A DNA stretch of 64,000 nucleotides. Origin: Paraspadella gotoi (lineage: Eukaryota > Animalia > Chaetognatha). The translations under genes and the position numbers were made by a program. This document shows, in pieces, positions 26,113-37,622 of this stretch (position 1 is its first letter; each line of letters starts with the position of its first letter). Below the pieces are notes generated by a model, which was not told the DNA's origin, searched no databases, and saw nothing but the letters and a program-made list of their open reading frames with translations. The stretch is from positions 19,815,936-19,879,935 of the forward strand of contig CM119269.1 of the NCBI GenBank assembly GCA_051294375.1. The letters are read 5' to 3'.

Positions 26113-29100
26113 CAGACTTAAAACAATTATTAGTGTTATAAGGCGTGGTCCCATTAAATGAATAACACAAAAGCTAGATTGAAAAAAAATTTAGGTAATA
26201 ATTAGCCTATAAATTTAACGCTTCATTTAACAATTTTTCAATGTATCAGCCTATTTCGGGAAATTAATAGTTATCTCAAACTTTCTTTTATTTACACTCG
26301 TTCGCGATCGCTTTTTTCTTTCATTTTTCTTTACCTTTTGCGAACGGTTAATCAGAGTAAATCGCCGTCGAGCCTAAAATGTAGTCGCTAATTAACTTTT
26401 GCGTGAGCCTGTTTTCGAAACTGACCCTCCAAAGTACATCGTAGTGAAAAGTACAGAAAGTAATAATCAAAATTCGAATTGTAGCTCATGAGTGTATGTA
26501 TGTATGTAAAAAAATCTTACTGTTACATTTAAAAGCAGACGAGAAACCTGTTTCACTATTTGATTATGCTTTTATATATATATATAAAATGTAAGTGCAA
26601 GCTAAATTAATTATCTAATCAGCGAGTTTAATATTTAATATAACAAGTTTGAGCAAACAATGCCGGATCTGTTCATGATAATTAGCCGTAAGCAGCTGAT
26701 CAGATAATCAATTAATTAACTACTTTAAAATTAATCAATAAATTAATTATTTCATCATCTGATCAGCAGCTTACAGCTAATAATCATGAGCAGATCCGGT
26801 ATTGTTTGCTCAAACTTATTTCATTTTTTCTTTCTTTTTCCATCGATAAGTAAGAATTATAATTTAAATTATTAAAAACCAAAATTTATGTCTTCGGGAT
26901 TCGCTCAAGAGATATTTATGTACTAGGAAACCACATTGAGAGGGTTGACAACTGGAAATACTTAGGTTTTAATCTGAAATCGAGTAAAAAATCCTTTTCC
27001 TGACCTAATGTTGTCATATTATATCATACACGCTTTAAAAACCCCAAAGGACGCTTTTCTTTTGCATCTTTTATATAGTAATTGTGTATCCTTTTTAACT
27101 GACAGATGTGGAGTAAAAGATCAAGTTAAATGTAACATTAAATGATGGTTTAGAAAATTTTTTGGGATTGGGCAGATGGCAGAATATTCAAACTCTATGG
27201 GAATCTTTTTAGATACCCTGACTTATATACATTATACAATATTCTACGTATAAAAGACAATCAAAGTTTTACGAAAAATGTATCCATACAAATAATGTCC
27301 ATATTTGAAAAAAAACTTTTTTGGATTTATTTCTCCTGTATTGTTTACTGTAATAATTGTGGTATTTGTATGCATCTGTATCATTAATTTAATATGGATA
27401 AAAACACTTCATTCTTTTTGTCCATTTGGTTGCTTTTATAATTAATATGAATATTTATATTTTTTTTATATTTTCTTTATTTTTCGTTCATTCAGTTAGT
27501 TGTGGTCATTCGTGTGATGTTGCTCGTAGTTGTAGTATTTGTCGTGTGATTTTTATAGCGGTTATGGTATTTATAGTAGTGGTAGCTGTGGTGGTAATTG
27601 TGGTTAAAACTGGTTATGGTGATTGTTAAAGTTTTAATTTAATTTAATTTAGCTTTATATTTCTTACTGTACTAAAAAGGAAAACTAAATAGTAAAATAT
27701 ATTTTTTTCTTTTTTCCATTTAAATTTATTTCTACTTGGATCATTCCATTATAAATAATTGGCGTTCAAAGCTAACAGGGGACGGACAGACGGACAGACG
27801 AAAAATGTTTTTCAAAATTAGATGTTCTAGGGTGATTTAAGGCAAGATTGTGCTGGTGGACCAACGGACTGAACAAGAGACTTATAGAATAAGCGTTAAG
27901 CAGATCTGGCTAAAAACAGAAAACCGAAACAATAAAAGAAACCAAACTGGTTTCGGAGCTTTCGTTCGTCAAAAATTAAGGTCTTTTGTTTAAAAGAGTC
28001 TCACTTGGTTTCTTTCATTGCCATTACAGATGGCGAAGCTTCCTATATTCGCATACTAGTGACAAAAATACAGAGAATATTTTAAAGCACTTTTATTCCC
28101 CCTCTCAAAAATAGATATATTTTGAACCAACTTAATGGAAAAAATTTTAAAATGATCTATATAACATATATACCCATACTTTTTTATAAAAAAATATTTT
28201 TGATAATCATTAATGTATTCCAGCTCGCCGTCTCATAAATTCTTGACGGATGTTACTGCATCTCCATCAAAATTCCACTTATCGTTTTATCTGCAAAAAA
28301 TAAAATAACAAAAAACACCTTATCCGATTAAACTTGTTCACACATTTTGCAAAACCCTCACCCATTCTCGGACCTATTTAAAAAAACTTACTCCAATCTA
28401 TCCAATTATTTTGTTTTGCATTTTCCATCATTCGCAGAAATTAAAAAAAAACTCGTTATTGTAGAATTCAATTTATTTTTCAAACAGAACCAAAATACTG
28501 TAAGTAATGTTTACAAAAAAAAACCATTTACAACTCATAAGAATACATACAAAAGTATATATACAATGTTGTTGGCGAAAGACCAGGTATTAAAAAAGTT
28601 TTAGTTCCTGTTACAACCAATTTTTTTAACTATAACTTGATTTACTGTCGGCGACACAACTCTAAAAGCTTGATGTCAGTTGATAGGTCTGTGGGAAAGT
28701 CGGTTATTTGTTTATTGATTCGTTCGTAGGCTGAATTTTCAGTTAATAACGGAAGATAAGGGAAAAAATACCATTAACTAAATTTTATAATATAAAATAA
28801 ATAACGTTATTTTGAAAAAAAAATACAAATGAATAAAAAGAAGAGAATTGATCTATTGATTGATTGAACACAATGAACAGTGCCTGCGATGATTCTGCAA
28901 AATTTGTAAAGATATTGGTATCTAAAAAAAATAACAATTTAAAAGAAGCAACAGTCAATTAAAGTCGCCGCATCGCCAGTTTGACTAGAAATTTTTTTTC
29001 CCTTCTGATCTTTTAATATTTATTGCAAGGATTCATACGTTCGACAAAAAAATATTTTCAAAGTTCTCTTGAAAAAATATTGAGTCAGAATTGTAGCTGG

Positions 29101-30859
29101 GCTCCACATAGTTTTGCCCGGCTGTACAAGGAAAAACTTTTATCAAGAACAGTTAAATCGATTTTTTTTTTCAAAAGACTGGTTATTAAGGCGTAGTAAA
29201 ATTTTTCAATTTAACTTTAATTAAAATTCTAAAAGTGAGGAACGAACAACTTTATACTAATAAAAATTTATGTAATAAAAAAATTTATAATAAATTTGAC
29301 AATTTACGCAGTAGGCCATATTTATACTAGTACTAAACCAATAAATGTTAAAATTTAAAAACAGTTTTTTCTAAGATTTTTTTTACAGATTTGGATTCGT
29401 CATAAAAAGTTGATAAAAAGAAATATAACTCTTTTTGAAAAATTCCTTCATTAAGTGGGTCAAAAATTAGAAAAAGCTATATTTTAAGCTGAAAATTAAC
29501 TTTTTATATATTAAATATATTTGTTTTAATTTTTAACCCACTAAATGAAAGAATTTTTACAAATGATTTATATTTTCTTTTATCAACTTTTGACGAGGAA
29601 TTCAAATCTGCAATCAAAATTAAGAAAAGCATATTTTAATTTTTTCGATTTTATAAGGATAGTACTATATATAAATATAGCTTACTGCGAAAATTAAAAG
29701 ACATAAATTAATTTTTTTTACAAATTAATGTTCACTGATTGTTCATAATTGACTTTTAGAATTTTCGTATATAACTTTCACTACGCCTTACTGGTTATAA
29801 ACCAGAACATAAAAATGATTTGTCAACAAATGTATTGCAGTAAATTTAATTATTAAAAAAGTTTTTGTTGGGTAATAAAAGTCGTAATATATCCGAACTC
29901 CCAAGCTTTAACAGAAGCAAAACTACGTATTTGTTTCTAAAATTCGATTTTAATTAAGACCTCAACGTAACATAGCGCGTTTAGTTTGGATTTTTTGTTC
30001 AAGAGCGATTCGCAGTACAAAAATAGAATTCATGAATTGCTAAGAGTCAACTTATCCTTTTTTAAGGTCATGATCTATCTCGCATTACTTTTGAGATCAT
30101 AGAAATTGATAAACGCAAACATTTGGCTTTTTTCATAGTCACATTATGAAATTTTATCTATTACCTCTATTTTGTTTATTAGTTCAATTTAATGGAACCA
30201 ACAAAAATTAAAGTTTTGATGCAGAGATATAAATGCCATTTGAATTATTTTTTTAAACAATAATTAGGTGCGATTTTTAGATCATAAAAGCGAAAAGTAA
30301 AAGTTGGCTCTTATTTTCCTCAGGAAATTTAAGAAAATCACATTAACACTGTCGCAATCGTGGTGGTGGTCTTTCCTGTCATTGCCACTCCCCTTCCACA
30401 TCCCTCTCTATCCCTTAAACCCCCGTCTCCGGGGAGAAGTGTCCGTTCTTTCCGACGCCCGAATCGTCGCTGTGAGCGTCGTTGTTGTCCTCGTCGGTGG
30501 GGGGCGCAGGCGGCGGTTCCACGTAAGGGTAGCGCTCCTCAGGCGACAGCGGCGTCGCGTAAGCGTAATCGGGCGTGGGATCGGGGTGTCCGTAGCCATT
30601 GAGACTGTGGGGTGGGGCGTTGAGGACGGGATTGACGTGACCACTCACGCCGACTCCGCCCGGTTTATCGAGATCATCCTCTTCGTCGAATCCCCCACGC
30701 TCGGCGTGATCCAGCGCGCCGGCCGTCGACGCCGCCGTGGAAGCAGCGCCGGCGCCCTTGTCTTTCTTTGCGCAGAGTAGACCTTTGCGCCACATGACGC
30801 AGAGGATGATGGCGCAGAGGATGACGAGGATGACGGCGATGATGATTCCAGCGACGGCG
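23747..30859. repeat. Copy 2 of ~7.4 kb tandem duplication
   Basis: Colinear with 16310-23721. Contains internal N-gaps and continues into the intact receptor exon. Confidence 0.9.
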
Positions 30860-31106
30860 CCGTCGGGTGTGCCGGCGCCCTTATTCGGGATCGTCGGTTT
30901 CTCGTTGGAGGATTGAGGAACGGTTCGGGTCTCTCTGTAGTCACCGATTTCGATCGACACGCTTTGGCCGATGGACGATTCATCAATATTCGTTGTGAAG
31001 ATCCTTCGTCGACTGCCGGCGCTCCGTCGCTTAACTTCGAGATTCGTTTCTTTGATTTCGTCTTTGTTAATGGGTGGATTGAGTACGAGATTATCGCCCA
31101 AGATGC
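30415..31106 (-). CDS. IgSF receptor A, last exon: membrane-proximal ectodomain, TM helix, cytoplasmic tail
   Basis: Acceptor ccctccag| (phase 1, matching exon 5). TM segment GAVAGIIIAVILVILCAIILCVMW followed by RKGLLC. Tail contains DYAYATPL, RYPYV and PPPAPP and ends FSPETGV*. Confidence 0.9.
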
Positions 31107-31887
31107 CTGGAGGGATTGAGATAATATTAGAAATATTTTAATGATTTTGTCCGAGTTTAACTCTGTTCGTCCAAATCGGAAAACAAACTTTTTTTTTGAA
31201 TCAGAATCGTAACCATGTTTATTACCTGCCTTCCGATTCGTTTGGTTTCATATATATTTTCTAACCTCAATTGACAATCCAAGTTACCTATATTAATTAC
31301 TATAAGTTAAAAGTAGTAGAATCTTGCTGAAACTAAGGTTTTTCTTATTCTTTATGACGTTTCTCGTAAGGTAACATTTTATTTGAATTTCATAAAATTA
31401 GTAATACAATTTTAGATTAGATTTAAGCGATTTTCCTCGTCTATCTTACCCTTGACCTTATTTTTTTTATATTCTAATTTCAATAAATGTCAAATCAAGA
31501 AAGAGAAAAATTTGATAAAATCAACTGTGTTGCTCCAACCTGTGCCTTTGATCGTTCTGTGTTAATTAAATTTCTGGTGGGCTTCCCGTTATCGAAAATT
31601 TTCTCTATCTATTAATGTCAAATGGTCCTGAGCTTTCTCTAAACCTCGGCAAAATTTGAGCAATTATGCGCTCTTGTTGAATCAAAAAAATAAATATTAA
31701 ATTTTTACATTTATTTTTAAATTTTAATATACAATTTTAAAGTCTAATATAGTAAAACAAGTAATATAACAATTTTTCATACTTAAATATTAACAATAAA
31801 CTGCCAAAAGGCAAGCTATTTTTTTTCGTAAATTATAATGAAATTCGAAACATTATATTTATTTACGTTCTTCCCATACGGATTGTA

Positions 31888-32582
31888 CAGTCCTGTGCAA
31901 AAAAACCGCGCCACTTTATAACTTTAACTTCCGGATGCTCTATAAAGATATTTTTAAAATTATATAAAAAAATAAAAAAATTTGAAAAAAAAATTATTAT
32001 GTCTAAATTTTATTATAATCAATCAAGTGATTTAGGAGATATAATTTTTTAAACTTGAGTGTTCCAAAAAAGTAAGCAAGCTGGACTACCAAGAACTAAA
32101 AAATAAAAAAACAAAGTGCAAAATCTGAAATTGCTATATCAGATAATTTAGCCAGAGTATTTAATTATTTTATTTTACTCCCATTTGAAAACCATATAAA
32201 AGTTTTAAAATCATGGACCTGTCTTTCCATATATTTTTTAATAATCTTAAAATTATTATTTTAGGATCTGGGGCAATCCAGTTATACAGCTATACCTCTG
32301 GATGTCCACAATATAATTTTTTTTATGTTTTTAATCTACTTCAAGTATTGCAAAATATTAAAAAAAAAAAAGATTAGTTTAAAATCTATTAGATTTTTTT
32401 AAATTCAGCTTTGTGGTAGAATACTTCATTTAAAAAAATTATTGTACCTAAATAGATGGCCCAATTTTAATAAAATTTATGCTAAACTTATCATCTTTTA
32501 ATAAACTTTAAATCTCTTTTAAAATTCAAGTATATTTTTAAAATCTGAAATAAAGTGGCGCGGTTTTTTTTGCACAGGACTG
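31888..32582. mobile_element. Tc1/mariner-type MITE (mirror copy 47147-47836)
   Basis: TIRs CAGTCCTGTGCAAAAAAAACCGCGCCACTTTA / TAAAGTGGCGCGGTTTTTTTTGCACAGGACTG, flanked by TA on both sides; non-coding interior. Confidence 0.9.
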
Positions 32583-32701
32583 TACAAAAATCTTATTTCT
32601 CACTCTCGTTATCAATGCAGTCTATCAGAAACTTTTTTCCCCTCGACAATCACAGCTGAATTTCTTGTCCCAAACTTGAAAAATCAACAATTTAAATTCA
32701 C

Positions 32702-32856
32702 CTTGCTCTTTGGCGTTCCCGGTGATTTCGATAGTGAGAATGACATTCGCATCAGCATCGTAGGCGGTGGATAACTCAGCTCGAGTTGGGTAGACGACCA
32801 AGATTACGTAATCTTTGGTGGCAAGTTCATTTATACCCGTGACAGTCGCCTGGCAT
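32702..32856 (-). CDS. IgSF receptor A, exon 5
   Basis: gtccag| ... |gtgaat; 155 nt, phase 2 to 1. (R)CQATVTGINELATKDYVILVVYPTRAELST...GNAKEQ(G) completes the D.YRC.A F-strand motif of an Ig domain. Confidence 0.85.
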
Positions 32857-33041
32857 CTGGACAAGCGATAATATTCGATTATTCTTAATGTGCCTTCGCT
32901 CGTGAAATAATCTTAACTTTAACTATTAACTCTATAAGTACAGTAAATAAAAAAAACTGAAAAGAGAAAAACTTATAACTAAAAATCCATCAGATCATCT
33001 CTCATCACCAAACAAACCCGTTAAAAGCTAGGCAAAATAAA

Positions 33042-33431
33042 AGGCCTTATTTTCCCAGAACGCCCCATTTCATACTAAATTTTGAATTAAATTATTTTTT
33101 TAGTTAAAGATCCGGTTAAAGATTAGGGTTAAGAATTAGGTTAAGAATTAGCTTAATGATTAGGGTTAGGAATATGGTTATTGATTAGGGTTTGGGGTTA
33201 GGCTAAGCTCGTTAACTGATAAAAACCTATTATTTGTAAAGTTTAAACAAAAACAAACTCTGTTTTCTCCACTAACCCAAATCTCTAACCCTAACCTAAT
33301 CCTTATCTCTTACCCCTGACCTAAATCCTTAACCTTATCCCTAACCCTAACCTTTAACCTAATCATTAACTAAAAAAAATTAACTTAATTTTGCATTCAA
33401 GATAAATTGGGTCGTTCAGAAAAATAAGGCC
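33042..33431. mobile_element. Palindromic TTAGGG-rich repeat element (mirror copy ~46301-46687)
   Basis: Ends GGCCTTATTTTCCCAGAACGCCCCATTT ... AAATTGGGTCGTTCAGAAAAATAAGGCC, with TTAGGG-like and CCCTAA-like arrays facing each other. Its 5' end resembles 51783. Confidence 0.65.
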
Positions 33432-33515
33432 CAAAAATTTGGGAAAAATGGAAACGTCTCTCGCAAAGCCTCGTAACTATCCCACCGTCAATGTCACAAC
33501 CCTCCCCCCCCTAAC

Positions 33516-33715
33516 CTGTACTTATCCATGTGATTTTCGGGTTCGAGGACGGGCAGTTTGTATTCTCTATTGACTTCGCCCGCTATTTCCGTCGCGTCGT
33601 TGTTCTTATCGACGGTAAACCATTTAATTTTCGCCGCTAACGGTTTTGCGTTGCATATCAGTAAGACATTGGCATGCCGTCTCTCACTCCGAAGATCCAC
33701 CGCACCGGTCTGCGC
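33516..33715 (-). CDS. IgSF receptor A, exon 4 (Ig domain, B-E strands)
   Basis: cttgcag| ... ag|gttagg; 200 nt. AQTGAVDLRSERRHANVLLICNAKPLAAKIKWFTVD...YKLPVLEPENHMDKYR shows the Ig C-x10-W and L......D.Y pattern. Confidence 0.85.
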
Positions 33716-33887
33716 CTGCAAGATTAGGAAGATTCATTAAATATCCTGAAAAAAATGTCCACAAAGGATTTTTTTAAAAGAGATATGAGAAAAAACGTAA
33801 CGATTTAAGAATCGAATTTAATTCGTAAACAAAAAGCGACAATTTTAACAACTAAACAAGTTAACAACAACTGCCGAATGAACGAAC

Positions 33888-33998
33888 GTCGATGAAGTTG
33901 GCAACCAACTGAATTCCCTCGATGACGGGTTTGGTACTGAATCGAATCTCGATCTTGTATTCAGCGACTCCGACGTCATTTTGAGCAATACATAAAAC
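33888..33998 (-). CDS. IgSF receptor A, exon 3 (donor position uncertain)
   Basis: ccctcag|VLCIAQNDVGVAEYKIEIRFSTKPVIEG... carries the Ig C.A.N.VG F/G-strand motif. Best phase-0 donor is gac|gttcgt. Confidence 0.75.
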
Positions 33999-34477
33999 CT
34001 GAGGGGAATTAAAATGTTAAAAATTAACCTTTCGAGTTAATAAATTATAGGTGTTATATGCGATAAATGGGGAACGAGGGCCGGTGGTGCCAGGACTTGT
34101 GATCCTTAAAGGTCTTGCAAACTATTAAGCATCGAGCTTTATTTTAAAAAAAGTCTTGGAAAATTTGTAAAATCAGGCGACTTACTGCTTACTGCTTTTA
34201 TTGAGCCATTCTGTCACTAACTGATAACAATTTTTGCTGACTCTTCAATACAACGAAACTTTACCAAAGCTTTAGAACATGGTGTTACAGCCTGATCCGA
34301 AGCTCAGTGACTCCTTATATTGAAGGGTTCTGTCACTAACACATAACAATAATTACTGTCTCTTCACAGGTTTATTAAGAAGAGACAAAAAAGGCTAAGA
34401 AATATTCTTGTACTAAAGCATTGTTAAAAATTCGAGAAAATTGGTGAAATATTTTGACATAAAAAAAAAAATCTCAC

Positions 34478-34996
34478 CTCAAGATCTTTCTCCACCAATA
34501 CGTCAAAGGAATGACTGAGTCCGTTGCTGGATTGGTTCTGGATGACATCCGGCCTTAGAACTCCGCCTACGGTGGCGTTTACTGACCAAGTGATATTCGG
34601 CGGATTACCAGCCTCCGCCGAGCAAACTATCGACCTTCGGGTTGTCGATCCATCGCTGGACAAGACTTCTAATACGGAACCCACATCGGCCCTGAGTCCA
34701 TGAGGTTTGAAGCGGATTTGCATCAATTGACTCTCAACCGTATTCCAAGGGGTGTTATCTGATGGACCCAGGACACAACGGATTCGCTTTCCATGGTGTT
34801 TCCTCATGGCCGTTACGTTTGCGAGTTCGATGGACGAAGTAGAGAGGCGGGATTTATCGAGAGGTTCCCAACCGGAATCGGTCTGCACTTGAAAAGAGAG
34901 CGGGGCGTCGCTGGGTCCGGATGTACTGACAGAACACGTTGCTCTGATTGCTTGTCCTTCGTTGATGGCAGAGCCAAAACCGGGTTCCGTGTCAAC
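34478..34996 (-). CDS. IgSF receptor A, exon 2 (one full Ig domain plus first half of the next)
   Basis: aatacag| ... gag|gtgaga; 519 nt, phase 0/0. INEGQAIRATCSV...RKHHGKRIRCVL...IRFKP...IVCSAEAGNPPNITW are C2-set/I-set-like motifs. Confidence 0.9.
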
Positions 34997-36134
34997 CTGT
35001 ATTTGGTTTGAGATAAACAATGATAAAATGTAAAAACCTTTTTTGAGAATTTCAGTTTACTATAAAAGTAAAAAGCTTCTAAAACGTACTAAATAGAGTG
35101 AATAGACTTTGCCATATTTTTCAATATTTTTACTGAGTTTAGCACGATAGTACAAATTATGTCCAGACCGTGTAAAAATTTTTTGCCATCCATTTTTTTT
35201 CAAAAATCTTGCTTGCTGGCAACTCTAAAAACTAAAAAAATGGTTCTTTGGACCAAATTTCTATGATGTAGTCCCGGAAATCACTTGTTACCGGTTTTTT
35301 GAAAAAAAAATACTATACTTTACTTTTTTTTTTTAATTTAAAAAAGATCACAACCTATAGAGTCGAAATGTCGAATGTAAGTTTATTTTTAAATTTTATA
35401 TTTTATATAAAGTTAGTTAATTATATTTGTTAATAATTATGAGTAAAAATTATAATATATTATAATAATAATTTCAAAATTCTATTCATGGATTTGTATT
35501 CTTTGCAAAAAGTTGATATAAGAAAATATAATTTTTATTCCAAGATTATGTCATTAAGTTGGTCAAAATTTAGAAAAACTATAATTTTAAGCCAAAAATT
35601 AAAAATTAGATAAAAAAATAGTTTTTAACATTTTTAACCAACTTAATAAAAGAATTTGTTAAAATGGATTATACTTTCTTACAGGGATGTGGAGCCGACC
35701 TAATTTTGTCTCGGCTCCAGCTCCGGCTCCAGCTCCAGGCCAAATTTTTTTCCAGCTCCAGCTCCGGCTCCGGCTCCAAGCAAAATTTTTTTTCGGCTCC
35801 GGCTCCGGCTCCAGCAAAAATTTAAACTCGGCTCCGGCTCCGGCTCCAACTCCGGCTCCATTACTATATATATAATTAAAATTTAAGAAATTAATATTCA
35901 TAATATATTCTTTAAATTATATAATTTATATTTTGATTATATTTAATATTTATTTTATATTATAATATAATATATTTAATATTAAAAAATATATTATATA
36001 ATTAAAATTATTTTTAAAAATATTAAAATAATAAGCAAAATATATATTTTTTTTTTGTGATATCCTCACTCTGGTAATTTAACTATGAATTATATTTAGC
36101 ATTCTTGTTATGGTGATTTTACTTAAAACTCAGA

Positions 36135-36835
36135 TTATGGTTAGGGTTTTAGGGTTAGATAAGGTTGAGTTGGTTTGGTTTAGGGTTAAGGTTGAGTTGG
36201 TATAATTAGGGTTAGGGTTGAGTAGTTTAGGGTTAGGGTTAAGGTTAGTAGTTTAAGGTTATGGTTAGGGTTAATGTCAATTTTAAGGTTAAGATAAACA
36301 AGAAGCCGGCATTAGGGTTAAGGAATGTACTGGCAATGAATATTAGGGATTAAAGTTGAGGTACGGATATATAAGGGAGGCCCGATCCCAGGTTAAGGTT
36401 AGGGTTAAGAGAAAGGCATGGAGTTGATGGGAGGCCTGGGTTAGGGTAGAGGGAGAGGCTTACTGTTGATGCATCAAAGGCGGATAGGGTTAGGGTTGAG
36501 GCACAGAGATATATGTGAAGCCCAGGCCCTGGTTAGAGTTGGGAGAAAAGCATGGAGTTAAACGGAGGCTCGGGTTAAGGGAAAAGTCCATGGTTGATGC
36601 ATCGAAGGCAGTTAGAGTTGGGTTGAGGCACAGAGATGTACTGGAGGCCAGGGCCTGGGTGAGGATTAGGGGAGAGGAATGGAGTTGAACAACAGGCCCG
36701 GGTAAGGGTTAGGTTAGGAAAGCCTACAGTTGATAGGGGTTTAGGCATGAAAATGTATGGGAGGCGTAGGCCTGGGTTAGGGTTGGGGAAAGCATGGAGA
36801 TGTACGGGAGACTTGGGTTAGGGTTTAGTTTTAAG
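36135..36835. repeat. TTAGGG-rich region with degenerate ~135-140 bp tandem units, inside the hAT element
   Basis: Recurrent GGTTGAGGCACAGAGAT...GGCC..GGTTAG...GCATGGAGTT...GGAGGC..GGGTTAGGG units; TTAGGG-rich sequence resumes after 37940. Confidence 0.7.
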
Positions 36836-37364
36836 GGAAGAGCCACAGGTGATGTATTTATCCCCATGTCTCAACTTCAGCCGCAACTTTTCCTTTAACT
36901 CATGCCTTTCATTATATTCATTACTTTTATTACTGGCGAGGTCACCAGTGAGGGTATTGGCGACACAATCAGGGCTTTGCCGATATTGCTCTAGTGAAGT
37001 TGCCAACTAACTAGAACCACAATTGTGACTCATGCGTGAATCGCCGGCAACATTGCTATTTGAATAAACTACAACCTAGAGTTTGGGTTGAAGCTCAGAA
37101 ATAAAAAAAAGCCTGGATTACAAGGTGACACACAACAGCCCGCCGCTAAAAAAAATTGTCATTTGTAAACATGTGAAGATCATTTATATATCCAAATTTC
37201 ATATTGATTGGTTATGATTTGATTAGCAATGACCAGGAAAAAGTTGCTTTAAAAATTGTCTTTCATTTTAAAACAAATCTTTTTTTTCAATTTTTTGTCT
37301 AACTTTATGAACATTTTTTAAAAAACTTTACATTGTATTAATCTTTTTTTTATTGTTTTTTTAA

Positions 37365-37622
37365 TTATTTAGAGAGAAAACAAAAATTCATTATTTGACA
37401 ACAATAATTTTGTTTTTATTTCAATCGGACATGTTTCGACTCTATAACTTTCGAGACTTCATCAGCATTTAAATTCACAAACTCATTATTTTAAAAAACT
37501 GAAATGTTTGTGAATTTAAATGCTGATGAAGACTATGAAGTCCTAGAGTCGAAACATGTCGATTTAAATAAAAACAAAATCATTGTTATCAAATAACAAA
37601 TTTTTGTTTTCTCTCCAAATAA
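37365..37622. mobile_element. Palindromic element carrying two opposed hammerhead motifs (mirror copy ~42165-42415)
   Basis: Arms of ~115 bp beginning TTATTTAGAGAGAAAACAAAAATT. Hammerhead motif on the minus strand at 37428-37465 and on the plus strand at 37523-37560. Confidence 0.8.
37523..37560 (+). ncRNA. Minimal hammerhead ribozyme motif
   Basis: CTGATGA-A-GACT-atgaagtcctag-AGTC-GAAAC-AT-GTC. Confidence 0.75.

Noticed and set aside
16310-30859. Real tandem gene duplication of the receptor's 3' end
   Set aside because: The copies abut an N-gap and differ mainly by scattered 1-nt indels typical of uncorrected long reads; this is most likely redundant assembly.
35659-35901. ORFs with GAGAG/APAPA/EPEP repeats (also 38735-38976 and 43884-44099)
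   Set aside because: They are translations of the GGCTCC subterminal arrays of the hAT element.
36135-36835. Interstitial telomere or chromosome-fusion scar
   Set aside because: The repeats are degenerate, short and embedded within transposon boundaries.
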